A DNA stretch of 63,783 bases, filler included, from 7 parts of 7 records of this genome joined end to end with filler, not necessarily neighbours in it, one strand, 5' to 3'. Shown: positions 20,177 to 31,224, numbered from the whole stretch's first letter. Translations and numbers: made by a program. The notes: generated by a model not told the origin, from the letters alone.

Positions 20177-21185
20177 AGATTTTGTCTGAAAGATTTATAT
20201 CAATACCTTGATTTAAAAGTTCAGTTTCTCTAGGCTTTAGGTATTTCAAAAAAGTGTCATATTTTTTATAGAAACCACCACTTACATATCTAATCATTTC
20301 TTTGAAGTGGAAACTATAAAGTAAAGCATCAATTCTTACAATCTCTTTTTTATTATCATATAAAATTATTCCAGGTCTATAGTTTAACTTTAGTTTCTCT
20401 ATCCAGTTTTTAACTGTAGTTTTTTCTCCACTTGGGGTAATAATATTATTGTTTGAAGTTGCATCTAGTCTTACAACTGTAACTTTTGATAACTCTTTTT
20501 TTACATCTTTATTTTTTAAAGTTGTGTTATGGAAGTAATTGCATTGTGTACAACTTCCATCTTCAAATACAACTGCCAAAGTTCCTTTTACTTTTGAAAG
20601 GTCACTTATATCTTGAAACATTTTGTTAGCTTTTAAAGCATAAAAAGTTTTGTTTTTAACTTTTTCTAAATAGTTAGTCAGTTCAATATTTTTATACTCT
20701 TTATTTTTTACATAATCAAGAATAAGTTTAAAGTTCTCTTCTGATCTATAACCATTCATTCTAACAACAACTTCATTTTTTTGATTTAAAAAGATAATTG
20801 TTGGAGTGTATTGTACCTTTAAGTAATCAGCATATTCTTTTTCTGTCATTGTTTTATCTTCATCAATAATTATTTCTCTTGAACCTTTAATATTGATACC
20901 AATAACATCAAAGTTTGATTTAATATATTTTTGATTTTTTGCACCTTCAATGAAGTTATCATTTAACATCTTTGTACAATAAGGACAAAAGTTTAAAGTC
21001 ATAAAAAGCATTACATGTTTGTCTTCATCTTTTGCTTCTTCCACATCTTCATTTATATCAAGAAAACTCTCTTTAAACCAACTTGGCATTTCGTGTTCTA
21101 AACCACCAGATATTTGTCCTTGTTTTGCATAAAGACTAGTGAAAAAGAGAAATATAGTTATAAATAGTATAAATTTTTTAGTCAT
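20175..21185 (-). CDS. SoxW-like periplasmic double thioredoxin-fold protein
   Basis: Signal peptide, PSWFKESFLDINEDVEEA, CPYC and CTQC motifs, YTPT cis-Pro loop. Confidence 0.8.
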   Translation of the reverse strand: MTKKFILFITIFLFFTSLYAKQGQISGGLEHEMPSWFKESFLDINEDVEEAKDEDKHVMLFMTLNFCPYCTKMLNDNFIEGAKNQKYIKSNFDVIGINIKGSREIIIDEDKTMTEKEYADYLKVQYTPTIIFLNQKNEVVVRMNGYRSEENFKLILDYVKNKEYKNIELTNYLEKVKNKTFYALKANKMFQDISDLSKVKGTLAVVFEDGSCTQCNYFHNTTLKNKDVKKELSKVTVVRLDATSNNNIITPSGEKTTVKNWIEKLKLNYRPGIILYDNKKEIVRIDALLYSFHFKEMIRYVSGGFYKKYDTFLKYLKPRETELLNQGIDINLSDKI

Positions 21186-21346
21186 AAGTATCCTTTTTTA
21201 TTGATAGTATATTTGTATCAAAGTTTATATAAGTATGAATTAAAATAATCAAAATATTTATAAGTATAAGTTTTATTTAATCTATAAATATTTCAAATAG
21301 TTATCATAAGTTTTATTGTATACTTAATTTTTATAAAGGCAGATTT

Positions 21347-21967
21347 ATGACAGAATATTCTTTTTTATTAGCAATTGCTATTGTTTTTTTATTTGGGACA
21401 ATGAGTCCTGGTCCCAGTTTTATTTTAGTAGCTAAAACTGCAGTCTCAAAACCATTTAGTGAAGGGATAGGAGTTTCTATTGGTTTAGGATTAGGAGCAG
21501 TGTTTTTTACTATATTAGCTATATTGGGATTGTATACATTATTTGAATTAGTTCCTTTTCTTTATGAGCTTTTTAAAGTCTTAGGTGGTTTGTATTTATT
21601 ATATCTATCTTATTTGATTTGGAAACATTCTAGTGAACCTTTATCTATGGATATGAAATTACAAAAAAGTAAAAAAGGTTTTTTTAAAGCTTTAGCTTTT
21701 GGATTTGTTACACAAATTAGTAATCCTAAAACTGCAATTATTTTAGGTAGTATTTTTGCTGCATTATTGCCAAAAACTATGCCTGAATATGGTGAGTTAT
21801 TGCTGTGTTTAGTTGCCTTTGTTATAGATGCATCTTGGTATTGTATTGTAGTTGTAGTTTTATCAACAAAAAAATCTCAAAAAGTATATTTAAGATTTAA
21901 AAAATATATTGATAGGGTAGCTGGAACTTTACTTGCTGCTTTAGGCTTGAAGTTAGCAATAGATTAA
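21347..21967 (+). CDS. LysE/RhtB family amino acid exporter
   Basis: SPGPSF and SNPKT motifs, about 6 TM segments. Confidence 0.9.
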   Translation: MTEYSFLLAIAIVFLFGTMSPGPSFILVAKTAVSKPFSEGIGVSIGLGLGAVFFTILAILGLYTLFELVPFLYELFKVLGGLYLLYLSYLIWKHSSEPLSMDMKLQKSKKGFFKALAFGFVTQISNPKTAIILGSIFAALLPKTMPEYGELLLCLVAFVIDASWYCIVVVVLSTKKSQKVYLRFKKYIDRVAGTLLAALGLKLAID

Positions 21968-21999
21968 GAAAGAGTAAGTTTTTTAACTTACCCTTTTTC

Positions 22000-22317
22000 T
22001 TATAATAGTGAGTTTAACTTATCTTCAAGTGCTACTTTTGAAGTAGCTCCAATAAGTTGGTCTACAATTTTTCCATCTTTAAAGAAAAGAATTGTAGGGA
22101 TAGATCTTATTCCATATTTTACAGTTAAATCTTGTTCCTCTTCTGTATTTACTTTACAAATTTTTGCTTTTCCTTCAAATTCTTCAGCTAATTGCTCAAT
22201 TGCAGGTGCTATCATTCTACAAGGTCCGCACCAAGGTGCCCAAAAATCTACAAGTGCTACACCACTTGCAACTGTATCTTCCATATTTGTTTGATTTAAT
22301 TCAATATATTTTGACAT
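22000..22317 (-). CDS. trxA: Thioredoxin
   Basis: DFWAPWCGPC, IRSIPT. Confidence 0.96.
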   Translation of the reverse strand: MSKYIELNQTNMEDTVASGVALVDFWAPWCGPCRMIAPAIEQLAEEFEGKAKICKVNTEEEQDLTVKYGIRSIPTILFFKDGKIVDQLIGATSKVALEDKLNSLL

Positions 22318-22408
22318 AATATTATCCTTTTAAAATATCCCATTTTGAAAAGGGATTTGTTTTTTTGTCTTCTTTTTAACAGTGGATATAAAATCCTAAC
22401 AAGTTACC

Positions 22409-22487
22409 CTATAATTTGTCAGAGTTTTTACTTAAATACTCTGCAACACCTTCAGTTGTATCTTTCATACCTTCGTCACCTTTGTTC
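22409..22487 (-). CDS. ahpC: Peroxiredoxin AhpC, C-terminal fragment (5' truncated; not in the ORF track)
   Basis: Manual translation NKGDEGMKDTTEGVAEYLSKNSDKL* resembles the Campylobacterota AhpC C-terminus; lies upstream of trxA. Confidence 0.75.
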
Positions 22488-22587
22488 NNNNNNNNNNNNN
22501 NNNNNNNNNNNNNNNNNNNNNNNNNNNNNNNTTAATTAATTAANNNNNNNNNNNNNNNNNNNNNNNNNNNNNNNNNNNNNNNNNNNN
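22488..22587. other. Artificial contig spacer
   Basis: N-run + TTAATTAATTAA + N-run. Confidence 0.98.
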
Positions 22588-22588
22588 T

Positions 22589-23632
22589 GAATTATTTGGA
22601 CACGAAAAAGGTGCTTTTACGGGAGCTCATGATAGTCGAAAAGGTTATTTTGAAGTTGCAGATAAAGGAACGATTTTTCTTGATGAAGTTGGAGAATTGC
22701 CATTATCTACTCAAGTTAGGTTATTACGTGTTTTAGAATCAGGGGAATTTATTAAAGTTGGTTCATCCAAAGTTCAGAAAACAGATGTTAGAGTTGTTGC
22801 AGCTACAAATGTGAATGTAGAACAAGCTGTGCGTGAGGGAAAATTTAGAGAGGATTTGTATTACAGACTAAATACCGTACCGATTATTATTCCGCCTTTA
22901 AGAGCGCGAAGAGAAGATATTTGGTTTTTGTTCAGAAAGTTTTATTCAGATGTAGCTGATAAATATGGAATGCCAGCTATGGATATTTCTGATGATGCAA
23001 TGCGTCTATTGGAAAATTACCGCTGGCCAGGAAATATCCGGCAATTAAAAAATATAACTGAACAAATGGCTGTAATTGAAAGAGATCCAGTTGTTACTCC
23101 TGAAATAGTACGTAAATACTTGCCCGAAATAGACGTAACCCATTTACCAGCTTTGGCTAAAAAAGAAGAAACACACTCTTTCTCTTCAGAGCGGGAAATA
23201 CTTTACAAAGTATTATTCGATATGAAAAAGGATATGTCAGATTTAAAAAGTCTGGTTTATGATCTGTTGGAAAATGGAGTTGATGAAACCACAAGAAAAG
23301 CAGAGCATACAGAAATATTGAAGGACATATCCGATCATACTACCAATCTACCATCAAAAATGCCAGAAGAATATTTACACGCTACACCATCCAGTTCACA
23401 TGAGCCTGTAATAAATTCTGTTGAAGATGGGCAAAGGCCTCAAAATAAGGAAATTATAGAAGATACTGAGGAGTATGTAGAAGAGTCATTATCCTTGGCA
23501 GAGAAAGAGAAGGAGTTGATTATTAAGGCATTAGATAAGCATAAAGGACGTCGCAAGCTTGCGGCAGGTGATTTGGGAATTTCAGAACGAACTTTGTATA
23601 GAAAAATTAAAGAATATGATATCGATGCTTAA
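22589..23632 (+). CDS. Sigma-54-interacting (NtrC/Fis-type) regulator, 5' truncated
   Basis: [13 protein letters not shown] at the contig start, [18 protein letters not shown]-terminal [14 protein letters not shown]. Confidence 0.9.
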   Translation, partial: ELFGHEKGAFTGAHDSRKGYFEVADKGTIFLDEVGELPLSTQVRLLRVLESGEFIKVGSSKVQKTDVRVVAATNVNVEQAVREGKFREDLYYRLNTVPIIIPPLRARREDIWFLFRKFYSDVADKYGMPAMDISDDAMRLLENYRWPGNIRQLKNITEQMAVIERDPVVTPEIVRKYLPEIDVTHLPALAKKEETHSFSSEREILYKVLFDMKKDMSDLKSLVYDLLENGVDETTRKAEHTEILKDISDHTTNLPSKMPEEYLHATPSSSHEPVINSVEDGQRPQNKEIIEDTEEYVEESLSLAEKEKELIIKALDKHKGRRKLAAGDLGISERTLYRKIKEYDIDA

Positions 23633-24140
23633 ACCGCTTAAATACATAATGGGGATTATTACAATTTTAAGTCTCACAAGTTGTAGCATAAAATATTCAT
23701 TTACCGGTGCATCTATTCCACTTGAGGCGAAAACTTTTACTGTTAGAGATATTGATAATGTGGCGCCAACTATTAATCCAAATTTGGCAGCTGATTTACA
23801 ACAGGCCTTAACAGATAAGTTGTTGTCACAAACCAGATTAAATTCTGCATCTTATGATGGTGATTTAATATTTGATATAACCATTACAGGATATGATGTA
23901 AAACCAACATCGATTTCTGGAGGAGATGAATCTGTTGCAGCAGAAAACCGATTAACTGTAAGGGTAAAATTAAAGTATTTAAACAGATATGACCAGGAAT
24001 CAGAATTTGAAAAATCATTTTCACAATTTGCAGATTACCCCAGTAACGATAACTTAACAGATGTGGAAGATGGGCTGGTTGAAGAGATTATTGAGAATTT
24101 AATTAATGATATTTTTAATGCCTCTGTGGCGAATTGGTAG
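23625..24140 (+). CDS. LptE-family lipoprotein (Bacteroidota type)
   Basis: Lipobox [13 protein letters not shown]-terminal IFNASVANW; typical position between the regulator and secG. Confidence 0.75.
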   Translation: MLKPLKYIMGIITILSLTSCSIKYSFTGASIPLEAKTFTVRDIDNVAPTINPNLAADLQQALTDKLLSQTRLNSASYDGDLIFDITITGYDVKPTSISGGDESVAAENRLTVRVKLKYLNRYDQESEFEKSFSQFADYPSNDNLTDVEDGLVEEIIENLINDIFNASVANW

Positions 24141-24146
24141 CAAATT

Positions 24147-25007
24147 ATGCGCACTGAAAGATTTTACGATTTAATTGAAAATCCTGCAGATATTAATAAT
24201 GAAGATGTGGCTGAAATTGAACAGATTGTTGATGAGTATCCAACATTTCAAGCAGCTCAGGCATTATTGGTTCGCGCACATTTAATGAGGGGTTCTTTTA
24301 GATTTAAAAGCAAATTGCAAAGCCTGGCCATTCATACCGGTGACCGCCAAAATTTATTTCAATGGCTTTATGGCGACACTCAACCAGCTATTGAAGTATC
24401 AAACAGACCGCTAAAACAAGAGCAACAGTTTGGTGATAACCTTCAACAAGTTTCTACAGCAGCATTAAGAGATGAAGAAAATAAACAACTTATTAAACTG
24501 GAGGTAGAAAAGCTACTGAAAGAAAAAGGGCTTTTGTATTTTGATTTTGAACATATTCCATCAGAAACAGAATATGACCGTCAAAATGTTTCACATGAAA
24601 CATATAGTTTACAATCTGAAATTGATAGGTCAGGCGATCAGTTAACAGATGAAACAAAAGACTGGATAGCTCAAAATATTGAAAAAGCAAAACGCAAAGC
24701 CGGTAAAGTAGATTTTGAAAAGCAGAAGAAAAATGATTTAATAAATCAGTTTATATCATTTAGTCAAAAAGAAAAAAATAAAGTTGTTTCTGATGACAAA
24801 GTCAAAGAAATAGAGGAGATTACAGCTAATAGCGCATCAGAAAGTGCTGCGTTTATGACAGAAACAATGGCCAAAATTTACCTTAAACAGGGATTATATG
24901 AAAAAGCCATAGCAACTTATGAAAAATTAAGTTTGAAATATCCAGAAAAAAATATTTACTTTGCAGGCCGGATTAAAGAGATTAAAGAACTTATTGATAA
25001 ACAATAA
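24147..25007 (+). CDS. TPR-containing hypothetical protein
   Basis: TETMAKIYLKQGLYEKAIATYEKLSLKYPEK TPR-like C-terminus. Confidence 0.75.
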   Translation: MRTERFYDLIENPADINNEDVAEIEQIVDEYPTFQAAQALLVRAHLMRGSFRFKSKLQSLAIHTGDRQNLFQWLYGDTQPAIEVSNRPLKQEQQFGDNLQQVSTAALRDEENKQLIKLEVEKLLKEKGLLYFDFEHIPSETEYDRQNVSHETYSLQSEIDRSGDQLTDETKDWIAQNIEKAKRKAGKVDFEKQKKNDLINQFISFSQKEKNKVVSDDKVKEIEEITANSASESAAFMTETMAKIYLKQGLYEKAIATYEKLSLKYPEKNIYFAGRIKEIKELIDKQ

Positions 25008-25019
25008 AACAAAGATAAA

Positions 25020-25343
25020 ATGTATATTTTTATTTCAGTATTAATAATCATTGTAGCCATTTTGCTAGTATTGATCGTACTTGTGCAGAACTCAAAGGGA
25101 GGCGGATTGGCTGCGAACTTTGCAGGAAACAACCAGGTTATGGGTGTGCGTAAAACTGCAGATTTTTTAGAGAAAGCAACATGGGTATTAATTATTGTTT
25201 TCTTTGTGCTTAATGTATTGGCAGTATATACAATGCCTCGTCCTGAAACCAGTCAGGTAAAATCAGAATTACAGGAAAATATTAATATTGATGCACCAGT
25301 TCAACCAACTGCACCGGAAGAAGATCCTTTAGAAACAGAATAA
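25020..25343 (+). CDS. secG: Preprotein translocase subunit SecG
   Basis: LVQNSKGGGL...FLEKATW, two TM segments. Confidence 0.93.
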   Translation: MYIFISVLIIIVAILLVLIVLVQNSKGGGLAANFAGNNQVMGVRKTADFLEKATWVLIIVFFVLNVLAVYTMPRPETSQVKSELQENINIDAPVQPTAPEEDPLETE

Positions 25344-25360
25344 TTATAAATAACACTCCC

Positions 25361-25393
25361 AAAAGGCTGTCACCAAACGGGCAGCCTTTTTTT
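25361..25393 (+). terminator. Intrinsic terminator after secG
   Basis: AAAAGGCTG...CAGCCTTTTTTT. Confidence 0.75.
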
Positions 25394-25479
25394 ATGTGCA
25401 AATTTGAAACTTTTTTCGTTTAAAAAGGTTTTATAATAGCCTGAAATTTAAAAAATTAGCAATTCTATTCAAATAATAA

Positions 25480-27285
25480 ATGAGCCAAAAAATCAGAAAT
25501 GTAGCAATCATTGCTCACGTTGACCACGGTAAAACTACTCTGGTTGACAAAATACTCCATCAATGTAAACTATTTGGCGATCACGAAAAGCCAGGTGAGT
25601 TGATAATGGATAGTAACGACCTTGAAAGAGAGAGAGGAATTACCATTCTTTCTAAAAATGTCTCTGTCAACTATAACGGTTATAAAATCAACATTATTGA
25701 CACTCCCGGTCACAGTGATTTTGGTGGAGAGGTTGAGCGTGTATTAAACATGGCTGATGGTGTGCTTTTATTAGTTGACGCCTTTGAAGGATGTATGCCG
25801 CAAACGCGTTTTGTGCTGCAGAAAGCCCTGGAGCTTGGATTAAAGCCGGTTGTTGTAATCAATAAAGTTGATAAACCGAACTGTCGACCTTTAGAGGTGC
25901 AGGAGGAGGTTTTCGAATTGATGTTTAATCTTGATGCCAATGATGACCAGCTGGAGTTTCCTACTTACTATGGATCAGCTAAAGAGGGTTGGATGTCTAA
26001 TGATGTAAAAATTAAGGCAGATGACATAATCTCGGTACTGGATGGAATTATTGAACACATACCGGAACCCCGGGTAGAAGAGGGTTTTACTCAAATGAGA
26101 ATTACCTCTTTGGACTTTTCTTCTTATGTAGGCAGAATTGCAATTGGAAAGGTTTTTCGCGGAACGGTTAAAAGCAATCAACAAATTTCACTTATCAGTA
26201 AAGATGGATCAATAAGAAATCAAACCATAAAAGAACTGTTTGTTTATGATGGTTTTCAACGCAAAAAGGTAGATGAAGCTCCTGCGGGAGATATTGTCGC
26301 TATTGTTGGTTTAGAAGGTTTTGAAATTGGTGACACAATTGCACACGTGGAACATCCTGATCAGTTGGACCCCATAGCAGTTGACGAACCTACCATGAGC
26401 ATGTTGTTCACTATCAATAATAGTCCATTTTATGGTAAAGAAGGAAAATATGTAACCTCTCGCCATATAAAAGAACGACTGGAAAAAGAACTTGAAAGAA
26501 ACCTGGCTCTTCAGGTTCATGATACCGACTCTGCTGATAAATTTAATGTTTATGGTAGAGGAATTCTTCATTTGTCCGTTTTAATTGAAAACATGCGTCG
26601 CGAAGGATATGAGTTGCAAGTAGGACAACCTCAGGTGCTTTACAAAATGATTGGTGCCCAAAAATGCGAACCATTTGAAGAGTTAACTGTTGATGTGCCT
26701 GATGAATTTTCAGGTGCGGTAATTGAAATGGTTAGTCAACGTAAGGGAGAAATGAAAAATATGGTGCGTAAAGGCGATCGTATAAATATAGAATTTGAAA
26801 TTCCATCTAGAGGGTTAATTGGATTGAATAACCAGGCACTTACAGCAACAGCGGGTGAGGCAATTATCAGTCACCGTTTTATTGAGTACAGACCAGAGGT
26901 TGGTCGAATTAAGGAAAGGCAAAACGGCTCTTTAATTGCGATGGAGAGTGGAACAGCAATTGCTTATGCGCTTCAAAAATTGCAAGATAGAGGTAAGTTT
27001 TTTGTAACACCTCAAGAGGAAATATATGCAGGCCAGGTAGTTGGACAAAACACACGTGAAGGAGATTTGGTGTTGAACGTAACAAAAACTAAAAAATTGA
27101 CTAACATGCGTGCCAGTGGAACAGATGAGAAGATGGTTTTAGCGCCCCCAATTCGTTTTTCACTTGAAGATGCATTGGAATATATAGAAAAGGACGAATA
27201 CGTGGAAATTACACCCAAAAGTATTCGTTTACGTAAAATTCTTCTCGACGAGAATGACCGAAAACGGGCAAAGATGAAAAGCTAA
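25480..27285 (+). CDS. typA: Translational GTPase TypA/BipA
   Basis: AHVDHGKTTLVD, ERERGITI, DTPGH, GRGILHL, EITPKSIRLRK. Confidence 0.97.
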   Translation: MSQKIRNVAIIAHVDHGKTTLVDKILHQCKLFGDHEKPGELIMDSNDLERERGITILSKNVSVNYNGYKINIIDTPGHSDFGGEVERVLNMADGVLLLVDAFEGCMPQTRFVLQKALELGLKPVVVINKVDKPNCRPLEVQEEVFELMFNLDANDDQLEFPTYYGSAKEGWMSNDVKIKADDIISVLDGIIEHIPEPRVEEGFTQMRITSLDFSSYVGRIAIGKVFRGTVKSNQQISLISKDGSIRNQTIKELFVYDGFQRKKVDEAPAGDIVAIVGLEGFEIGDTIAHVEHPDQLDPIAVDEPTMSMLFTINNSPFYGKEGKYVTSRHIKERLEKELERNLALQVHDTDSADKFNVYGRGILHLSVLIENMRREGYELQVGQPQVLYKMIGAQKCEPFEELTVDVPDEFSGAVIEMVSQRKGEMKNMVRKGDRINIEFEIPSRGLIGLNNQALTATAGEAIISHRFIEYRPEVGRIKERQNGSLIAMESGTAIAYALQKLQDRGKFFVTPQEEIYAGQVVGQNTREGDLVLNVTKTKKLTNMRASGTDEKMVLAPPIRFSLEDALEYIEKDEYVEITPKSIRLRKILLDENDRKRAKMKS

Positions 27286-27289
27286 CAAT

Positions 27290-27319
27290 AAAAAAAGGCA
27301 GCCAATTGGCTGCCTTTCT
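27290..27319. terminator. Bidirectional intrinsic terminator
   Basis: AAAAAAAGGCAGCC-AATT-GGCTGCCTTTCT between convergent genes. Confidence 0.8.
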
Positions 27320-27338
27320 ATATTTTATTGAATTTGCT

Positions 27339-27635
27339 TTAGATTGTACATTTACTGATACAGTCAACAATATTGCTCAGGCGTTCATGCTTTAAGAAAT
27401 AAAAAGTATTTTTTCCTTCTCTTTTTGAGCAAAGCACTCCTTTATCTTTTAAAATTCCCAGGTGGTGAGATGTCGTTGATTGTTCAATTTGCAATTTGCG
27501 ATGAATTTCTGTTACAGTCATCTTCTTTCCATCTTCAAGGAAACTCAAAATTGCAATGCGCATTGGATGTGCAATCGCCTTTAGCATGCTAGCTGCTTCT
27601 TCTAATTGTTCAATATTCAATTCTGAGACTTTCAT
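27339..27635 (-). CDS. ArsR/SmtB family transcriptional regulator
   Basis: LKAIAHPMRIAIL, QSTTSHHL..L, REG..TFY. Confidence 0.92.
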   Translation of the reverse strand: MKVSELNIEQLEEAASMLKAIAHPMRIAILSFLEDGKKMTVTEIHRKLQIEQSTTSHHLGILKDKGVLCSKREGKNTFYFLKHERLSNIVDCISKCTI

Positions 27636-27661
27636 TTCGATCTTTTTTTAACATATTTATG

Positions 27662-27681
27662 ATATTCAAATATATGAATAT
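27662..27681. promoter_or_regulatory. Inverted repeat; probable ArsR-family autoregulatory operator
   Basis: ATATTCA-N6-TGAATAT, about 27 nt upstream of the ArsR start. Confidence 0.55.
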
Positions 27682-27710
27682 TTTTAATTATAACTATCAA
27701 GTTTTATATA

Positions 27711-29294
27711 TTATAAAGCACAAAGTATCTTTACTGCTATGATTAACAGCACCATAGCTATGGGGTAAATGGTTGCATAGGCTACATGAGGTGCATTAGT
27801 TTTGGTCATTGGATCTACGGCTGCAAGGGCAGGTGTACTCGTCATGGCGCCTGAAAGCGCCCCCAAAAACGATAAAACATTCATTTTTAGCCAGAATTTA
27901 TCTATCAATACCAATAGAATCATGGGCAATAATGTAATGATGGCGCCATAAATGAAAAGTTCTATCCCGTATTCGTTAAAAGAAGCTACAATGTGATTTC
28001 CAGCATTTGCCCCAACACTCACAAGGAAAAAAATTAATCCCAATTGCCGTAAGAGTTGTGTGGCTGCTCCACTTAGCGTCCAAAGAAATGGTCCGGTTTT
28101 GCCGGTTCGTCCCAAAAATAAACCTACCAATAAAACTCCACCAGTTAAACCTAAACTAAAAGAATATTCCCCCATGCTCACAGAAATATTGCCAAGGATA
28201 AACCCCAATACAATTCCAATGGCTATCGGAAGAAAATCAGTATCAGAAAGGTCTTTATTACTATTTCCGAAAATTTTAATAATGGCAGGCATATCAACAG
28301 TTCTGGCCGAAACAATAATTTTATCGCCAAGTTGAAGTTTTACTCCGGCATCAGGCACAATGTCAATTCCGGCTCTTCGGATACGGGTGATTACGGCATT
28401 GTGAGCGGTTAAAACATTCAATTCTGGAATGGTTCTACCAATAATGGACTTGTTGGTTACCAGTAAAGATCTCACTGTATGGTTTTTATTCATAGTGATT
28501 TCTTCATCACTTACTGGACCAAATACTTTTTCAATTGCTTTTAAAGAATCCTCAGTTCCGACTGCCCTAATGACATCGCCCTTGTGAACAATAGTGTCTG
28601 CTTGCACAACTGCTGCAATGCCTTTGTGTTTGATTCTACTAATCATTGCACCGGTAAGCTTTCTGACATTTAAGTCCTTGATTTTTTGTTTGTCAACATT
28701 GTCGTTTTCAACAATAAAATGCCTTTGTAAAATTTCAGGATGCTCTTTTGCGGTTTCTTTTTCATATTCAGATTCAGCTTCTGAAATATCTTTTCGAAGA
28801 ATTTTTGGCAATAGACGAACAAATAAAATTACCCCAATTACTCCGAAAGGATAAGCAACAGTATATCCAATAGAAGCAACAGATGAATTTGTAATATCAA
28901 TTGCGGCCGCCAATCCAGGTGTGCTGGACATGGCTCCAGTGAACAAACCAACAGCGATGTTTGAATCAACGCCCAGTAACCCAATTAGAATCCACGTTAT
29001 AAGTCCACCAATTAACATAAGCGCCAAGGCAACAAAAGCCAGTTTTCTTCCATCTTTTTTGAATGACGCAAAGAAACCTGGTCCGGCCTGTATGCCAATG
29101 GTGTAAAGAAATAAAACTAAACCAATAGTTTGAATTGTTTTAGGAACCTCTAAGCCGTAATGTCCGAATATTAATGCCACAAACATCACAGCACTTACAC
29201 CCAGGGAAATTCCTTTAATATTTATTCTTCCAAGAATAAAACCCAGGGCAATGATTACAAAAAGCAGGAAATTATTGTCCGTCAGAAATTCCAT
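27711..29294 (-). CDS. YidE/YbjL (AspT-like) antiporter with two TrkA-C domains
   Basis: Duplicated GAM(S/T)STP(G/A)LAA and Y...YP motifs, central RCK_C domains. Confidence 0.88.
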   Translation of the reverse strand: MEFLTDNNFLLFVIIALGFILGRINIKGISLGVSAVMFVALIFGHYGLEVPKTIQTIGLVLFLYTIGIQAGPGFFASFKKDGRKLAFVALALMLIGGLITWILIGLLGVDSNIAVGLFTGAMSSTPGLAAAIDITNSSVASIGYTVAYPFGVIGVILFVRLLPKILRKDISEAESEYEKETAKEHPEILQRHFIVENDNVDKQKIKDLNVRKLTGAMISRIKHKGIAAVVQADTIVHKGDVIRAVGTEDSLKAIEKVFGPVSDEEITMNKNHTVRSLLVTNKSIIGRTIPELNVLTAHNAVITRIRRAGIDIVPDAGVKLQLGDKIIVSARTVDMPAIIKIFGNSNKDLSDTDFLPIAIGIVLGFILGNISVSMGEYSFSLGLTGGVLLVGLFLGRTGKTGPFLWTLSGAATQLLRQLGLIFFLVSVGANAGNHIVASFNEYGIELFIYGAIITLLPMILLVLIDKFWLKMNVLSFLGALSGAMTSTPALAAVDPMTKTNAPHVAYATIYPIAMVLLIIAVKILCAL

Positions 29295-29297
29295 GTA

Positions 29298-30641
29298 TTA
29301 CTGCTTAATTAGTTTATATGAAAAAAAGCGATTACTTGTAAAAACTTTAACTAGATAATATCCTGATTTATAATTATCACCAAATGATATTGTAGAGTTA
29401 TTATTTAATTGAAATTCTTCAATAAGCAGCCCATCAACTCCATATACACTAATAGATCGAACACTAAATTCAGAGTGATTGGAGATTGTAAAGCTTCCCG
29501 AAGATGGGTTTGGAGCTAAAGAGAAATGTTTTTCGAATTCATTGATTGAATTTCCCTCTTCAACGGTAATATTAAAATAAAAGTTAACCACTTCATTTGT
29601 GCCATCATCAGCTGAAATTTCTATTGAATAATAACCAGCATCATTATTATCGGGATTCAGGTCAATTTTTACTTCTCCATCATTAATTGGCGTAATCGTT
29701 ATAAAGTCTGCATTGCATCCAATACAATCATAACTTATATCAACTGAAACAGGGTTGTCGTCGTTATATAAAATGTTTTCAGCATAACTACTTCCTTCAG
29801 TAATAGTCATATTATCAAGAAAGTTTATAAAATAAGGAGGTGTATTTATCTCACCCCAAATGCTTTCTGCATATTCTGGATGATCTATAAACGGATTCCG
29901 ATTGTTTTGAATATCATAGATTTCATTATTTCTGTTAATTTCTTTTTGACTAACAGGATCCTGATTATGCCATTTGAGAATTAATGCCAATCCACCAGGA
30001 GTAAAACCAGCACCAATTACCAAAGAATTTTCATCCCACCCGGCATCCTCATTATAATAACGTGTTGCCATGTATAGATAATTGCGGGCCACATCTCCTT
30101 TATATGCATCAATTGGCTCAAATACAACTCCTGACATTGTTGAAAAACTTGAAGCACCAACTTTTGATCCATTTAGAGAAGTCCACATTGGATTTCTGGT
30201 TTCGCCGTATGGATCATTTCCTCGCTGACCATTTACGTATCCATCCGTTGGCATTAGATGAAACAAATCTGTGTACATTGGATAATCTTCGTTGAACCAG
30301 CTTTTAGGCCATGAGTGTTCACGGTTATAACAGTCGCCTTCTTCAGAGTAGTTTCCACACTGGTCTATGGAAAAGCTATATTCATAAGGAGGGACTCCTC
30401 CTGGGTTGTCAGAATAAATATCCCATACTTTATTATTGCTTTTTCTATCTGTAGATTGAAAATGTGTCCAAAGTGCAGAATATGATTGTGAAGAATGTCC
30501 GTCAATTATATCATGTAGGGCTTGTCTTAATGCGGTTCCGGTTAATCCGTCAGCATTGTCATAATAACCAGTAGGTATTTGTGCTGAAATGTGAATAGTT
30601 GCAACAGCAAATGCTATTGACAGCAATGTTTTGATTTTCAT
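29298..30641 (-). CDS. Secreted endonuclease I-family nuclease with T9SS C-terminal sorting domain
   Basis: Signal peptide, YNREHSWPKSW, DLFHL, KGDVAR, QNNRNPFIDHPE; C-terminal APNPS...GYYLVK...KLIKQ. Confidence 0.88.
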   Translation of the reverse strand: MKIKTLLSIAFAVATIHISAQIPTGYYDNADGLTGTALRQALHDIIDGHSSQSYSALWTHFQSTDRKSNNKVWDIYSDNPGGVPPYEYSFSIDQCGNYSEEGDCYNREHSWPKSWFNEDYPMYTDLFHLMPTDGYVNGQRGNDPYGETRNPMWTSLNGSKVGASSFSTMSGVVFEPIDAYKGDVARNYLYMATRYYNEDAGWDENSLVIGAGFTPGGLALILKWHNQDPVSQKEINRNNEIYDIQNNRNPFIDHPEYAESIWGEINTPPYFINFLDNMTITEGSSYAENILYNDDNPVSVDISYDCIGCNADFITITPINDGEVKIDLNPDNNDAGYYSIEISADDGTNEVVNFYFNITVEEGNSINEFEKHFSLAPNPSSGSFTISNHSEFSVRSISVYGVDGLLIEEFQLNNNSTISFGDNYKSGYYLVKVFTSNRFFSYKLIKQ

Positions 30642-30771
30642 ATGAAAGAGAATTGATTTTTTGCAAAGATAAAATGAATAATTCAGGAAATTTAATTTGT
30701 AAAACATAATTAGCGGTTAAGTATGATTTTTGATATTTATATGCTATACGTATTTTTACAAAAAAAAGATT

Positions 30772-31224
30772 ATGAGAGTTGTAGTTCAAAGAGCAAAAGA
30801 GGCAAAAGTTATTGTAGATAGTGAAACTGTTGGGCAAATTAATTCTGGATTGGTTGTGCTTATTGGTATTGAAGATGAAGATACAGAGGAGGATGCTTCA
30901 TGGTTAGTGAATAAAATTTGTCAATTGCGCATATTTGATGATGCGGAAGGAATAATGAATCTTTCACTTGAAGATATCGATGGTAGTGTGCTTGCAATCA
31001 GTCAGTTTACCCTACATGCTAAAACAAAAAAAGGTAATCGCCCATCATATATTAAATCAGCAGGACCAGAAAAAGCAGAACCCTTGTTTAATTTTTTTGT
31101 TAATCAGTTATCTGATAGACTTGGAAAAGATATTCCCACAGGAAAATTTGGTGCACACATGAATGTGCAATTGGATAATGATGGTCCTGTAACTATTTTC
31201 ATTGATACGAAGAACAAAGAATAA
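30772..31224 (+). CDS. dtd: D-aminoacyl-tRNA deacylase
   Basis: MRVVVQR, SQFTL, GNRPS, NDGPVT. Confidence 0.96.
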   Translation: MRVVVQRAKEAKVIVDSETVGQINSGLVVLIGIEDEDTEEDASWLVNKICQLRIFDDAEGIMNLSLEDIDGSVLAISQFTLHAKTKKGNRPSYIKSAGPEKAEPLFNFFVNQLSDRLGKDIPTGKFGAHMNVQLDNDGPVTIFIDTKNKE

